Sequence record: MN882542
Source of the DNA: Escherichia phage JN01
Strand: one strand, 5' to 3'
Length of the DNA: 64,000 nt
Part shown: piece by piece, positions 27,911 to 36,435 of the stretch
Layout: the number at the start of each line of letters is the position of its first letter
How positions within the stretch are numbered: the stretch's first letter is position 1
Position numbers and translations under genes: made by a program
Notes under the pieces: generated by a model
What the model was told of the DNA's origin: nothing
Databases searched by the model: none
Seen by the model: the letters and a program-made list of their open reading frames with translations, nothing else

Positions 27911-28095
27911 TCAAGGTCAACAAGTCTTTGTAGGACTTTCCCTCTAGGTGTTACACCTTTTAAATCTGCATCATAACAATGGTAAAAGTCACCTTCAGCG
28001 TGTTTACCATAGCATTTTCTGATGTTCTGACTCCTACGATACTGCTCTAATAGGGATAGTCTGTAGTAATCTTCAACTGTAGTTAATTTTTTCAT
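27877..28095 (-). CDS. hypothetical protein
   Basis: 72 aa ORF. Confidence 0.4.
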   Translation of the reverse strand: MKKLTTVEDYYRLSLLEQYRRSQNIRKCYGKHAEGDFYHCYDADLKGVTPRGKVLQRLVDLEWNKRLRGIGK

Positions 28096-28178
28096 TCTTT
28101 CACCACGTATCTTCTCAAGAAACTAAAAAGGGAACTACCTCTCGATAGCTCCCATCATAGTTAATATTGTATACTCGG

Positions 28179-28760
28179 TCAAGAGTATTTTTTAGGCAGT
28201 AATGCACTACGCTTGTTACTCTCTTCACTCAATAGTGCGATAAATTCATCACCTTTCCCTTTCCACGGACTGAATGTAGGGATGTGCTCTCTGATAGCCT
28301 CAATCACTGTTTTCAGGGCATTGTTCTTTAACCACCAATCAGACACTGCCGAAGCTACAATGTAGTAAGCACCATCATCTGTGAAGATTGGCTCAGAGAT
28401 ACATGGTGAAATCATAGTGGTAATGATAGAACCATTATTCATGTAGTATGTTCTTTTTTCAACCTTATCAAGAAGCTTATGAAGGTCTGCAAAGAGACTT
28501 ACCACCTCTTTATGGTCAATATCTTTTTCAAGGTTTGCCCTGTATTTCAATAGTGCAGCATCAACCTCTTTATCATTGAATTTGAAGTATTGGACTTCTT
28601 CATTCACACATACACTGATATTGTTGGTGTTTATCGTCAATTTGCACAGTTTGACTGGAGAGTTGATGTTGGTCTGGAAAAGTGCTACACAGCCTTCTAC
28701 ATTCCCGAAATGCTTGACTAGTGTAACTTCTGGTTGGATGTGCTCATGCTCTTCTGACAT
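28179..28760 (-). CDS. hypothetical protein
   Basis: 193 aa ORF. Confidence 0.5.
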   Translation of the reverse strand: MSEEHEHIQPEVTLVKHFGNVEGCVALFQTNINSPVKLCKLTINTNNISVCVNEEVQYFKFNDKEVDAALLKYRANLEKDIDHKEVVSLFADLHKLLDKVEKRTYYMNNGSIITTMISPCISEPIFTDDGAYYIVASAVSDWWLKNNALKTVIEAIREHIPTFSPWKGKGDEFIALLSEESNKRSALLPKKYS

Positions 28761-29104
28761 TACAGTTTCCTCATTAAATACTTTTTAAGTTGTGTGTTAG
28801 GTTTCTCAAAAACTTCTATAGAAGATATCTTGACAGATTCACCACGCATACCAGTGTGTTTGAAAATATAGTACTCCAACATACCTATGTATTTTGCTGG
28901 TAAGTCATACTTGACGTACACTGTTACAGAATCTTCAAATTCAACAACCTTTGTACCATCTTTGTAGTTAAACTCTTTAGGATGGTTGTAATTGTCGATG
29001 TCGTACATTAAAAAGAGTCTTTTCCGTTGCATGTCAAGCTTATTGGTTAAAGACTCTTTGATATCTGAGAAGTTTTTATAGACTATGACATGGAGCTTAC
29101 TCAT
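28760..29104 (-). CDS. hypothetical protein
   Basis: 114 aa ORF. Confidence 0.5.
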   Translation of the reverse strand: MSKLHVIVYKNFSDIKESLTNKLDMQRKRLFLMYDIDNYNHPKEFNYKDGTKVVEFEDSVTVYVKYDLPAKYIGMLEYYIFKHTGMRGESVKISSIEVFEKPNTQLKKYLMRKL

Positions 29105-29390
29105 CGTTAAACTCTCTGACGAAGAAATAGTTGACTTTGTTATTACCTACCATAAGGTCAAAGCAGGTGTTCTCAAAAGGTTTGTTGTAGGCATCATATG
29201 AAGTGTACGTATCAGCTACTTGTTTAGTATTGAGCTTTTTACTTGATGGATTTAAGAGGCCACCATACAGTTTCTTGATAGCCTCTTCTACAACAGACCA
29301 GATGATTTCGTCAGTAATTTCTTCGTACAGGTCAAGTTCACGCTCTAGTGAGAAGTCACAAATAGGGAAAATAACCTGTACTTTACTCAT
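29097..29390 (-). CDS. hypothetical protein
   Basis: 97 aa ORF. Confidence 0.45.
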   Translation of the reverse strand: MSKVQVIFPICDFSLERELDLYEEITDEIIWSVVEEAIKKLYGGLLNPSSKKLNTKQVADTYTSYDAYNKPFENTCFDLMVGNNKVNYFFVREFNDE

Positions 29391-29785
29391 TAACGGATAA
29401 CCTGTGTGACTTGAATTGCTTCAGTTACGGACAATTCACCTACTTTCTCTTCTTTGATAAAAGTGAAGGTGAGTTCAACAGGTTCTTCTTCTTCTTGCTC
29501 AACTGGAATGCCGTTAAGCTCATCAAAGATTGATTGAGTTGTCCAATCTTCTCCACCATCTGGGTAGTGGATTGCGTAAAGTGGAAACTCTAAATTATAC
29601 CAAGCAAAAACAGGGCAACCATCTGCATCATCTCGACATCTGTGGAGATATGTGTTTGTGCCTTCAAAATGCAAATGGAGATTACCATTCTTCTCAAAGA
29701 GAAGAGCATCTTGCAGGTCTAGTTCCTCATTTTTGCTGTAACGGCTGACATCAACTTTAACGTGAATATGACTGTTATTATTCAT
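29390..29785 (-). CDS. hypothetical protein
   Basis: 131 aa acidic ORF. Confidence 0.5.
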   Translation of the reverse strand: MNNNSHIHVKVDVSRYSKNEELDLQDALLFEKNGNLHLHFEGTNTYLHRCRDDADGCPVFAWYNLEFPLYAIHYPDGGEDWTTQSIFDELNGIPVEQEEEEPVELTFTFIKEEKVGELSVTEAIQVTQVIR

Positions 29786-30176
29786 AAAAACCTCTCTCTG
29801 CTTGTTCGATTTTTGCTCTTAAAATTTCGCAATGTTGTAAATGGTAGTTAGCTTCTTGTTCATGTGTTGCTAACTGCCTTTCAAGAACAGTTTTATAATA
29901 ACCTGCAAGTTGCTCTCTTGTCAATGGGTTCTCCGAAATAATATCGAGACCACTTTCACCTAGAGTATTAAACTGCCCATTTTCATTTACATGGTAAGTT
30001 TCAAACTTGAATAAACCGTTATTAGCAGCCTCAATAGGTGAGAGTTCAACCAACTCAACGGTGAACATTGTATGCACTCTATCACCAACTGTAACAACGT
30101 TACTTCCAATGATGCGTACAAGCGAACCATTACGTGTGTACTTAAAAGTTCCAAAGTCACTGGCCCAAAGCTTCAT
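29778..30176 (-). CDS. hypothetical protein
   Basis: 132 aa ORF. Confidence 0.5.
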   Translation of the reverse strand: MKLWASDFGTFKYTRNGSLVRIIGSNVVTVGDRVHTMFTVELVELSPIEAANNGLFKFETYHVNENGQFNTLGESGLDIISENPLTREQLAGYYKTVLERQLATHEQEANYHLQHCEILRAKIEQAERGFYE

Positions 30177-30187
30177 AATTTTCTCCT

Positions 30188-30218
30188 TAGAAAATAAAAA
30201 AGGCTCCCGAAGGAGCCT
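30188..30218 (-). terminator. intrinsic terminator downstream of endolysin
   Basis: Minus-strand RNA: GGCUCC-UUCG-GGAGCC then UUUUUUUAUUUU. Confidence 0.55.
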
Positions 30219-30227
30219 ATGAAGATA

Positions 30228-30692
30228 TTACTTTGGATATACACTGTCAAGATAAATGTCAGCTTCCATTCTACGTCTGTTTTTCAGGCCGTTTGAAGTG
30301 ACCTTCTTACCCTTGACTGTAACCTTGTTCCACCACTGCATAGCTTCTGCACAACCTACCTTATTACCAGCATTGTGGCGCTTGATAAATGTAGAATCCT
30401 GCATAGCTGTGATACCGATGTTGTATGTTTCACTTACAAGTGCATCGAACTCATTCTGAGAGGTTGGAACCTTGATAGCTTTATTCACTGCTGCAACGAA
30501 CTTCTCAACATCTGCAAGAAGATACTGTTCAGCCTGTTCAGCAGTAATTTTCATACCCAGCTTAACAGGTTTTCCGTCAATACGGATTGTACCATACCCG
30601 ATTGTTGGGATTCCGGCAGAGTCTTCGTAAGCCTCTAACTTCAGACCTTCAAAGAACTTGATAGCTTCTAAACCTTTTCTTGAGAGTTGCAT
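30228..30692 (-). CDS. endolysin, GH24 T4-lysozyme-like muramidase
   Basis: N-terminal LEAIKFFEGLKLEAYEDSAGIPTIGYGT matches the phage lysozyme catalytic E...D...T motif; 154 aa. Confidence 0.8.
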   Translation of the reverse strand: MQLSRKGLEAIKFFEGLKLEAYEDSAGIPTIGYGTIRIDGKPVKLGMKITAEQAEQYLLADVEKFVAAVNKAIKVPTSQNEFDALVSETYNIGITAMQDSTFIKRHNAGNKVGCAEAMQWWNKVTVKGKKVTSNGLKNRRRMEADIYLDSVYPK

Positions 30693-31576
30693 TATGCCTC
30701 CCCTGTTGGGTTAACTGTAACTGTTGCTGCATTAGATGTTACAGAGCCACCTGCGCCAGTCACTACACAGGTATAGCTTCCTGCATCAGCAGTAGTTGCA
30801 CCTTCTTTGGTGTAAGTTGCAGCAGTTGCGTCTGGGATGACTTCCTCACCTTTCTTCCACTGGTAACCTGTTGCACCGGTTGCCACAACATTCAGCGTTA
30901 AGGTTTCACCTTCAGTGATTTCTTGATTTGCTGGCTGTTGAGTGATAACTGGCAAAGCATTCACAGTTACTGTTGCTGCATCTGAGGTGACACTTGTTCC
31001 ACCATCTCCAGAGACAACACAAGTGTATGAACCAGCATCAGAAGGTGCTACGGATGGTTTTGTGTAAGTTGCAGAAGTGGCACTAGGAATGTCCTCACCA
31101 TCTTTCTTCCACTGATAACCAGTGGCATTAGACGCAACAACACTCAGAGTAAGTGTCCCACCTTCATTGACTGTTTGGTTTGTTGGTTGCTGAGTGATTG
31201 ATGGTGGTGTGATGGCATCTTTCAACTTAGCATTCAGCATTGAGAAAGGTTTAACTCTTGCCAGCCATTCACAGTAAATTGTGTCAACATCTTTACCGTT
31301 GATGATTGCATACTGTAAATCCATGAAGAAATCAGCAGTTCTCATCTGTGCACCAACACTGTAAAGGAGTTCATCACTAAAAGGAACTTTGTAGTCTGGT
31401 TTGTAGTCAAACTTCTTAACTTCTGCGATGTCAGCTTCAGGCCAATATGAGCTATAGGTGAGTGGTAAAATAGCTTCTTGATATGTTCTAAAATCATATC
31501 TCTTACCAGCCTTTACATTTGCGATGAAACCCTTCACAAATTCTTTGAAGTCTGGGTAAGTCTTTGCTTTAATCAT
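30692..31576 (-). CDS. protein with N-terminal paralogous domain and two C-terminal Ig-like domains
   Basis: Two about 85 aa repeats with YQWKK...SYTCVV, typical of Ig I-set-like domains; N-terminal 120 aa paralogous to 31573..31944. Confidence 0.6.
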   Translation of the reverse strand: MIKAKTYPDFKEFVKGFIANVKAGKRYDFRTYQEAILPLTYSSYWPEADIAEVKKFDYKPDYKVPFSDELLYSVGAQMRTADFFMDLQYAIINGKDVDTIYCEWLARVKPFSMLNAKLKDAITPPSITQQPTNQTVNEGGTLTLSVVASNATGYQWKKDGEDIPSATSATYTKPSVAPSDAGSYTCVVSGDGGTSVTSDAATVTVNALPVITQQPANQEITEGETLTLNVVATGATGYQWKKGEEVIPDATAATYTKEGATTADAGSYTCVVTGAGGSVTSNAATVTVNPTGEA

Positions 31577-31944
31577 TTCTTTTTAGCCTCTAAACGTGCG
31601 TTTAATCTAAAATAGCCTTTATGTTGTGGAGACACATCACCAACAACGATACCTTCAACTTTATAACCTTTACCGATTACATACTGGATATCCATAAGAA
31701 ATGTACCAAGTCCTACAATGTGGAACATTGGGTATAATAACTTATCTGAATCTGGGAGATTAATATCTGGGTTGTAGGTAGGCTGTTTACTAGTAGGTGT
31801 AATATCTTCTTCAGGCCATTTACTTAGTCTCCATGTCAAAGGTGTTGGGATAACATCATTAAGATTGTACCTCCCACCATTCTCCACGGAATGGATATAG
31901 GATTGTAGGAAGCAATAAAAGTCTTTTGCACTCTTAGCTTTCAT
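31573..31944 (-). CDS. hypothetical protein, paralog of N-terminal domain of 30692..31576
   Basis: Shared motifs YNPDINLPDSDKLLY / YKPDYKVPFSDELLY and FLMDIQYVI / FFMDLQYAI. Confidence 0.55.
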   Translation of the reverse strand: MKAKSAKDFYCFLQSYIHSVENGGRYNLNDVIPTPLTWRLSKWPEEDITPTSKQPTYNPDINLPDSDKLLYPMFHIVGLGTFLMDIQYVIGKGYKVEGIVVGDVSPQHKGYFRLNARLEAKKK

Positions 31945-31991
31945 TAAATATCCTTATAAATAGATAAAGGGGCATTAGCCCCTGTTTATAC

Positions 31992-32582
31992 TTAAGCTTT
32001 GGTCTTAAGTAGGTTCTTAAGTTTTTTGAGATTCATGCTCTCGTCAAACTTAAAACCAAATCCATTGACATAATCAATGAACTCGGATTTCTTACTAAGT
32101 GATAGCGCGTAACTCATATCAAAGTTATTACTGGTTTCTGCGTCTGGACTAGAGTTCACATCAAATGAAATTTCTGTAGGCTCTTGCTTGCTACTTCTCA
32201 TATTATCAATTAATAGGCATGTATAGTTCGCTGGATAGAAGTTTGCACTGCCATCAACATACCCATACTTATTGTTGTGAATAAGGTTTGAAAATACCTT
32301 AAGAAATGTTTCTGAGTCGTGGCATACAAGTTTGAATTGACTGCACTCTCCAAGAGCCACTAAAGAGTAAGGGCTTTCACTATCAATGTCGTAGTTTGGA
32401 TTTGATGTTGTAACCGTCACACGCATCAAGTTATTAGCGATGGTCTTCTGTTTAAAAGAATTTGGGACATAGTGAAGACCTCTATCACACTGATTAACTA
32501 ACTCTTTAAGTAGGTCATTTGCATAAGGTGAATTAATTGATACAGAGCCATCACTATTGTAATTAAAACTTACTGTTAACAT
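31992..32582 (-). CDS. hypothetical protein
   Basis: 196 aa ORF. Confidence 0.5.
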   Translation of the reverse strand: MLTVSFNYNSDGSVSINSPYANDLLKELVNQCDRGLHYVPNSFKQKTIANNLMRVTVTTSNPNYDIDSESPYSLVALGECSQFKLVCHDSETFLKVFSNLIHNNKYGYVDGSANFYPANYTCLLIDNMRSSKQEPTEISFDVNSSPDAETSNNFDMSYALSLSKKSEFIDYVNGFGFKFDESMNLKKLKNLLKTKA

Positions 32583-32809
32583 TTTTCAGTTCTCCTGCGG
32601 TTTATAATTTTGCTGCAATAGAGAAACGAAGTAAACTCACTGGAAGAAACCATTAAGTGTTGTTCACTAGACTGAGCCATTGCCCTGAAATACATTCCAG
32701 TCAAAGCATCGTAGTGACTATTCTTTCCAATTGAGGTTATATAGCCATGACTCTTTGCAGTTTTATATAAATCTATAATATCTGCGATTTCTAATTGGGA
32801 ACTACACAT
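32576..32809 (-). CDS. hypothetical protein
   Basis: 77 aa ORF. Confidence 0.4.
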   Translation of the reverse strand: MCSSQLEIADIIDLYKTAKSHGYITSIGKNSHYDALTGMYFRAMAQSSEQHLMVSSSEFTSFLYCSKIINRRRTEKC

Positions 32810-32973
32810 AGATAATCCTCTTGTCTTCTGTAATTTTGAAAGAACAGGTACAGACCAATTTCAGAGGATGAATAGTAGAGCAACTCTACCCTTTTTGATT
32901 CCTTACAGTGATTGGTATTTTTACCTTTCTTCGGGTTGTTTGATTTTCTCATTAAGTCTCCTTTGTAGAACAA
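32791..32973 (-). CDS. hypothetical protein
   Basis: 60 aa ORF, first gene of leftward block. Confidence 0.35.
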   Translation of the reverse strand: MFYKGDLMRKSNNPKKGKNTNHCKESKRVELLYYSSSEIGLYLFFQNYRRQEDYLCVVPN

Positions 32974-33201
32974 GGCAGACCTACAGCTTTAAGTAAGATG
33001 GTACAGTAATCCATACAACAAGTCAAGAACTATTGCAAGTTAAAAAAGTTGTTGACAAAGGACTTGACAAGGTGTAGGCTTATAAATACTTAGAAGATAA
33101 CTTAAAAGGTTCCTCTAAAAAGGCTATTTAAACAGATATCTTTCTGGATATCTATCTTTTATCTTAAAAGCCTTTTAAGAGGTCTTATAAGAGGCATACC
33201 A
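32974..33201. promoter_or_regulatory. divergent promoter region
   Basis: Strand switch; TTGACA boxes at 33052 and 33066, TATAAATA at 33078, CTTAAAAG/CTTATAAGAGG words shared with the 24-25.5 kb island. Confidence 0.45.
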
Positions 33202-33573
33202 ATGAAAAACAGAACAAACAAAGGCCAGTTTAAAAAAGGCCAGTCTGGAAACCCATCTGGAAGACCAAAAGGCTCTCGTAACAAAAGCTCACTCGTAAAA
33301 GCTCAACTGACCATTGATAATTCTGCTGAGTTCGCTGCAAAGCTGTTTGAGGCGATTGTTACAAGGGACGCTGCTAAGCTTGCAGAGTTCGGTTTGACGA
33401 CTGACGATGTAAACCTGAAGTCGATGATGGAAGCTGGTAAAACTATCATGACCCACTCAGCAGGTGAGATGAAAGCAATTGCAGCAGACACTAAGAAGAC
33501 CCCTGATAACGGTGGTCAACCTCAGACAGATAACAAACCAACGTTCTCTGCTGTAGCGACTCTCAAAAAATAA
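33202..33573 (+). CDS. hypothetical protein with N-terminal KKGQSGNPSGRPKG motif
   Basis: 123 aa; basic Gly/Pro-rich N-terminus. Confidence 0.5.
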   Translation: MKNRTNKGQFKKGQSGNPSGRPKGSRNKSSLVKAQLTIDNSAEFAAKLFEAIVTRDAAKLAEFGLTTDDVNLKSMMEAGKTIMTHSAGEMKAIAADTKKTPDNGGQPQTDNKPTFSAVATLKK

Positions 33574-33653
33574 TTTTAAAAGGTGTTGACAGACTCTACA
33601 AAGTTGCTCTAAAGTCTGTCACATCAAACAACAATGAGAGAAGAGAGTAAAAT

Positions 33654-35069
33654 ATGAGCGAGTTATTTAAACATGCGCACCTTCATGCAGGTCGAACTGA
33701 AAATGGTGCTGTAAACCATACTTCATCAATGTCTGCTCTGGTAGACTTCTACAAATCCGCTGGCTCAAGCCGTAGCAATGTAGAAATCTTACCAGACCTG
33801 TTCTACAAAGCTTTGCGTGAGGATGTTGATGTTGCAGTTCGTATTTTACTGCATATGCGAGATGTACGAGAAGGTATGGGTGAGCGTAAAGCCTTCCGAA
33901 CTGTTTTATTTCAAGCGATTGAAGATAAAGTTTTAGAACCTACACAGGTTCTTCGCATTATGGATAAGATTGCAGAACTTGGTCGTTTTGATGACTTCAA
34001 AATCTTCGTAGGTACTCGTTTTGAGACAGATGCCTTCAAACATTTAGAAGCAGCATTACTAGACCCTGCAACAGCAGGTTTAGCAGCTAAGTGGTTACCA
34101 CGAGTAAAACCACGCCACAAACAGTTTGTAAAACGTTTCTGCAAGTTTGCAAACTTAAGTGAGAAGGAGTATCGCACACTGTTGTCTGCACTGTCTGATA
34201 CGGTTGAGCAAAAAATCTCTGCGAATGAGTTTGGCAAGATTGACTATAGTAAGATTCCTTCACTCGCTGCTGCACGTTACCAAAAGCTCTTTAACCGTAA
34301 AGATGGGGAACGTTACAAAGCTTACATCGAGTCACTCTCAAAAGGTGAGGCTAAGATTAACGCTGGTGCTGTTTACCCATACGATGTGATTAAATCTATC
34401 AAGTATGGTAATGCAGATGTAGCTAATGAGCAGTGGAAAGCACTACCAAACTGGATGGCAGAAGGTGAGAACATCTTGTGTATGACTGATGTTTCAAGCT
34501 CAATGTCTTGGGTGAATCTTGGTTCAATCACTGCCCTTGATATTGGTGTATCCCTTGCCTTGTATGTAGCAGAACGCAACACAGGTTGCTTTAAGAATGA
34601 GTTGATGGTTTATTCAACAAACCCTCATTTCATTGAACTGAGTGGTGATTTACAAAACCGTCATCGTCAAGTAATGCGTCATGTTGAATATGGTTCAACT
34701 AACTTACAAGCAGCTTTTGACCGTATTCTTGAAATAGGTAAGAGAAACAACTTGACTCAGAAAGATATGCCAAGTAAGCTTATTATCTTCTCTGATATGG
34801 AGTTTAATCAGGTTGATGGTGCAAATGGTCGTACAAACTTTGAAGCAATTCAGAGTAAGTACAAAAAAGCTGGATACGAAATGCCACAACTAGTATTCTG
34901 GTACTTAGCAAACCGTAATGGTACTTGCGAAGTATCTGTTAAGGATAATGGTGTAGCAATGGTATCAGGGTTCTCTCCAGCCACTTTAAAAGCTCTGCTT
35001 GGTGGTGAGAAGTTTGACCCAATCAGCGTAATGCTCAAAGCAGTAATGATTGACCGTTACATCTGGTAA
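33654..35069 (+). CDS. vWA-domain protein, candidate Ro60/Rsr-like (TROVE-vWA) RNA-binding protein
   Basis: 471 aa; C-terminal vWA with MIDAS DxSxS (LCMTDVSSSM) and downstream Thr/Asp positions; N-terminal 270 aa helical domain; sits just upstream of stem-closed Y-RNA-like elements. Confidence 0.5.
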   Translation: MSELFKHAHLHAGRTENGAVNHTSSMSALVDFYKSAGSSRSNVEILPDLFYKALREDVDVAVRILLHMRDVREGMGERKAFRTVLFQAIEDKVLEPTQVLRIMDKIAELGRFDDFKIFVGTRFETDAFKHLEAALLDPATAGLAAKWLPRVKPRHKQFVKRFCKFANLSEKEYRTLLSALSDTVEQKISANEFGKIDYSKIPSLAAARYQKLFNRKDGERYKAYIESLSKGEAKINAGAVYPYDVIKSIKYGNADVANEQWKALPNWMAEGENILCMTDVSSSMSWVNLGSITALDIGVSLALYVAERNTGCFKNELMVYSTNPHFIELSGDLQNRHRQVMRHVEYGSTNLQAAFDRILEIGKRNNLTQKDMPSKLIIFSDMEFNQVDGANGRTNFEAIQSKYKKAGYEMPQLVFWYLANRNGTCEVSVKDNGVAMVSGFSPATLKALLGGEKFDPISVMLKAVMIDRYIW

Positions 35070-35087
35070 AAAGTTTTAAAAAGGGTA

Positions 35088-35116
35088 TTGACAATGTGTT
35101 TGATACCCTTTAATAT
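35088..35116 (+). promoter_or_regulatory. candidate sigma70-type promoter for the tRNA cluster
   Basis: TTGACA, 17 bp spacer, TAATAT; second candidate TTGACA-18-TAAAGT at 35179..35208. Confidence 0.5.
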
Positions 35117-35234
35117 GTTCTACATAGAAACGAAATGAGAGCTTTTCTAAGATACTGAAAAATATTTTAAAAAAGTTCTTGACAACCACTAAAAAATAAT
35201 GTTAAAGTGGTTACATAGAGTTTGAAAAGTTTAT

Positions 35235-35308
35235 CTCTGTTTAGCTCAGCTTGGTAGAGCGTTCCGTTTGGGGCGGTAAGGCCGGAGGTTCAAGTCCTCC
35301 AACAGAGA
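35235..35308 (+). tRNA. tRNA-Pro(TGG)
   Basis: Hand-folded cloverleaf, anticodon loop TTTGGGG, T-arm GGAGGTTCAAGTCCTCC, CCA encoded. Confidence 0.7.
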
Positions 35309-35318
35309 CCAAATTAAT

Positions 35319-35392
35319 GTTCCAGTAGACAAAATGGTAAAGTCACCACTCTTTCAAAGTGGATATTTGAGGGTTCAAATCCCTTCTGGAAT
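35319..35392 (+). tRNA. tRNA-Glu(TTC)
   Basis: Acceptor GTTCCAG/CTGGAAT, anticodon stem-loop CCACT-CTTTCAA-AGTGG, T-loop TTCAAAT, CCA encoded. Confidence 0.7.
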
Positions 35393-35403
35393 GCCAGTTT
35401 TGA

Positions 35404-35476
35404 CAGAAGACCAATTACAGCAAGTTTAATCTTATTCATCTGACACGAAATCGGACAAAGAAGAGATTTGGTCTGG
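35404..35476 (+). ncRNA. stem-closed structured element A (Y-RNA-like candidate)
   Basis: 5' arm CAGAAGACCAA pairs with 3' arm TTGGTCTGG; conserved ACAGCAA box after 5' arm. Confidence 0.35.
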
Positions 35477-35487
35477 TCATTAAGAAT

Positions 35488-35561
35488 TGCGGGTATAGAG
35501 AAAGGGCGTCTCACATGTCTCATTAGCATGGTATCGGCAGGTTCGACTCCTGCACCCGCCT
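35488..35561 (+). tRNA. tRNA-Met or Ile2 (CAT), slightly atypical acceptor/D junction
   Basis: Anticodon stem-loop CATGT-CTCATTA-GCATG, T-arm GCAGGTTCGACTCCTGC, CCA encoded; 1-72 pair mismatched. Confidence 0.55.
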
Positions 35562-35570
35562 CCAATTTTG

Positions 35571-35630
35571 CAGAAGACCGTATTCAGCAACAAACTACTT
35601 TTTGCGGATAAAAGAAAAAACACGGTCTGG
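35571..35630 (+). ncRNA. stem-closed structured element B (Y-RNA-like candidate)
   Basis: 5' arm CAGAAGACCGT pairs with 3' arm ACGGTCTGG; the two bases beside GACC covary relative to element A (AA/TT vs GT/AC). Confidence 0.35.
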
Positions 35631-35641
35631 CAATGTATTAA

Positions 35642-35715
35642 GGTTAGGAAGCACATAAGGTATGTGCGGTCGCCTGTTAAGCGAATGGCACAGGGTTCGA
35701 ATCCCTGACTAACCG
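35642..35715 (+). tRNA. tRNA-Asn(GTT)
   Basis: Acceptor GGTTAGG/ACTAACC, anticodon loop CTGTTAA, T-arm CAGGGTTCGAATCCCTG, CCA encoded. Confidence 0.65.
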
Positions 35716-35727
35716 CCAAATTTAAAT

Positions 35728-35812
35728 GTGTCGTTATCCCGTAGATGGTAGCGGTGGGGACTGTAAATCCCTTGTCATTGAGACTCGGTAGGTTCGACTC
35801 CTACACGGCACA
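35728..35812 (+). tRNA. tRNA-Tyr(GTA), class II
   Basis: Anticodon stem-loop GGGGA-CTGTAAA-TCCCT, long variable arm, T-arm GTAGGTTCGACTCCTAC, CCA encoded. Confidence 0.7.
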
Positions 35813-35821
35813 CCAAATAAA

Positions 35822-35895
35822 GGTTATGTAGTTTAACTGGTTAAAATACTCCCCTGTCACGGGAGATGATGAGGGTTCAAATCCCTTCGTAACCG
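35822..35895 (+). tRNA. tRNA-Asp(GTC)
   Basis: Acceptor GGTTATG/CGTAACC, anticodon stem-loop CTCCC-CTGTCAC-GGGAG, T-loop TTCAAAT, CCA encoded. Confidence 0.7.
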
Positions 35896-35984
35896 CCAAA
35901 TTATAATAAGTATTTCAAAATGCTGTTTGAGAGGGCTATTTAGCCTCTCCCTTAAAGAGTTCTTACGAGTATTCTTTAAAGGAG

Positions 35985-36061
35985 CAGAAGACCAAATTCA
36001 GCAAGTACGTATGATATTTTCAAGCCAATTTAATTTTGAAAAAATTTAAAACTTGGTCTGG
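35985..36061 (+). ncRNA. stem-closed structured element C (Y-RNA-like candidate)
   Basis: 5' arm CAGAAGACCAA, ATTCAGCAA box, 3' arm TTGGTCTGG. Confidence 0.35.
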
Positions 36062-36074
36062 CTCAACAAATTTA

Positions 36075-36206
36075 CAGAAGACCGTTTACAGCAAAACTTA
36101 AACAATCTATTTCTCCGGTAAAGAAAAGGCGAAGGTTCGATTCCTTCACTCGGCAGGTGTCGAGTTGGTGTAATGGTAGCACTTAAGATGATAAACAACG
36201 GTCTGG
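36075..36206 (+). ncRNA. stem-closed element D with embedded tRNA-like module (YrlA-like Y RNA candidate)
   Basis: Arms CAGAAGACCGTT / AACGGTCTGG enclose hairpin TTTCT-CCGGTAA-AGAAA, T-arm GAAGGTTCGATTCCTTC, capped helix ACTCGGC-AGGT-GTCGAGT and D-arm GTGTAATGGTAGCAC. Confidence 0.45.
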
Positions 36207-36216
36207 TAATTATCTT

Positions 36217-36354
36217 TGTAGATAAGTTATTAAGCTTACCTGTGAGTATGCGACCACAAAGGGTGAAAGGGTAAATTCTAGATTTAAACCCAACAATGCA
36301 CATCGCTACAGACCTTAAGCAAGTCTGGGTAGCTTATCTACAAAGATAATTTAA
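36217..36354 (+). ncRNA. structured element E: 21 bp inverted repeat pair around a CAGACC...GGTCTG hairpin
   Basis: TTATCTTTGTAGATAA at 36221 and its reverse complement TTATCTACAAAGATAA at 36335; inner hairpin CAGACCTTAAGCAAGTCTGG. Confidence 0.3.
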
Positions 36355-36355
36355 T

Positions 36356-36428
36356 GGAAGTGTAGCAGAATGGTGATGCGGCAGACTTTTAATCTGACAG
36401 GCGATGGGTTCGAATCCCTCCACTTCTA
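36356..36428 (+). tRNA. tRNA-Lys(TTT)
   Basis: Acceptor GGAAGTG/CACTTCT, anticodon stem-loop CAGA-CTTTTAA-TCTG, T-loop TTCGAAT, CCA encoded; paralog of 38064..38135 with compensatory stem changes. Confidence 0.6.
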
Positions 36429-36435
36429 CCAATAT

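Noticed and set aside
36075-36206. Permuted (3' half before 5' half) tRNA gene
   Set aside because: The T-arm/acceptor/D-arm order does fit a circular permutation, but there is no conventional anticodon arm and the unit is closed by the same covarying GAAGACC/GGTCTGG stem as three tRNA-free elements; a Y-RNA-like structured RNA explains both
35314-36303. Minus-strand ORFs (35314..35565, 35480..35719, 36046..36303) overlapping tRNA genes
   Set aside because: They span tRNA and structured-RNA elements whose plus-strand folds are clear; protein sequences are low-complexity
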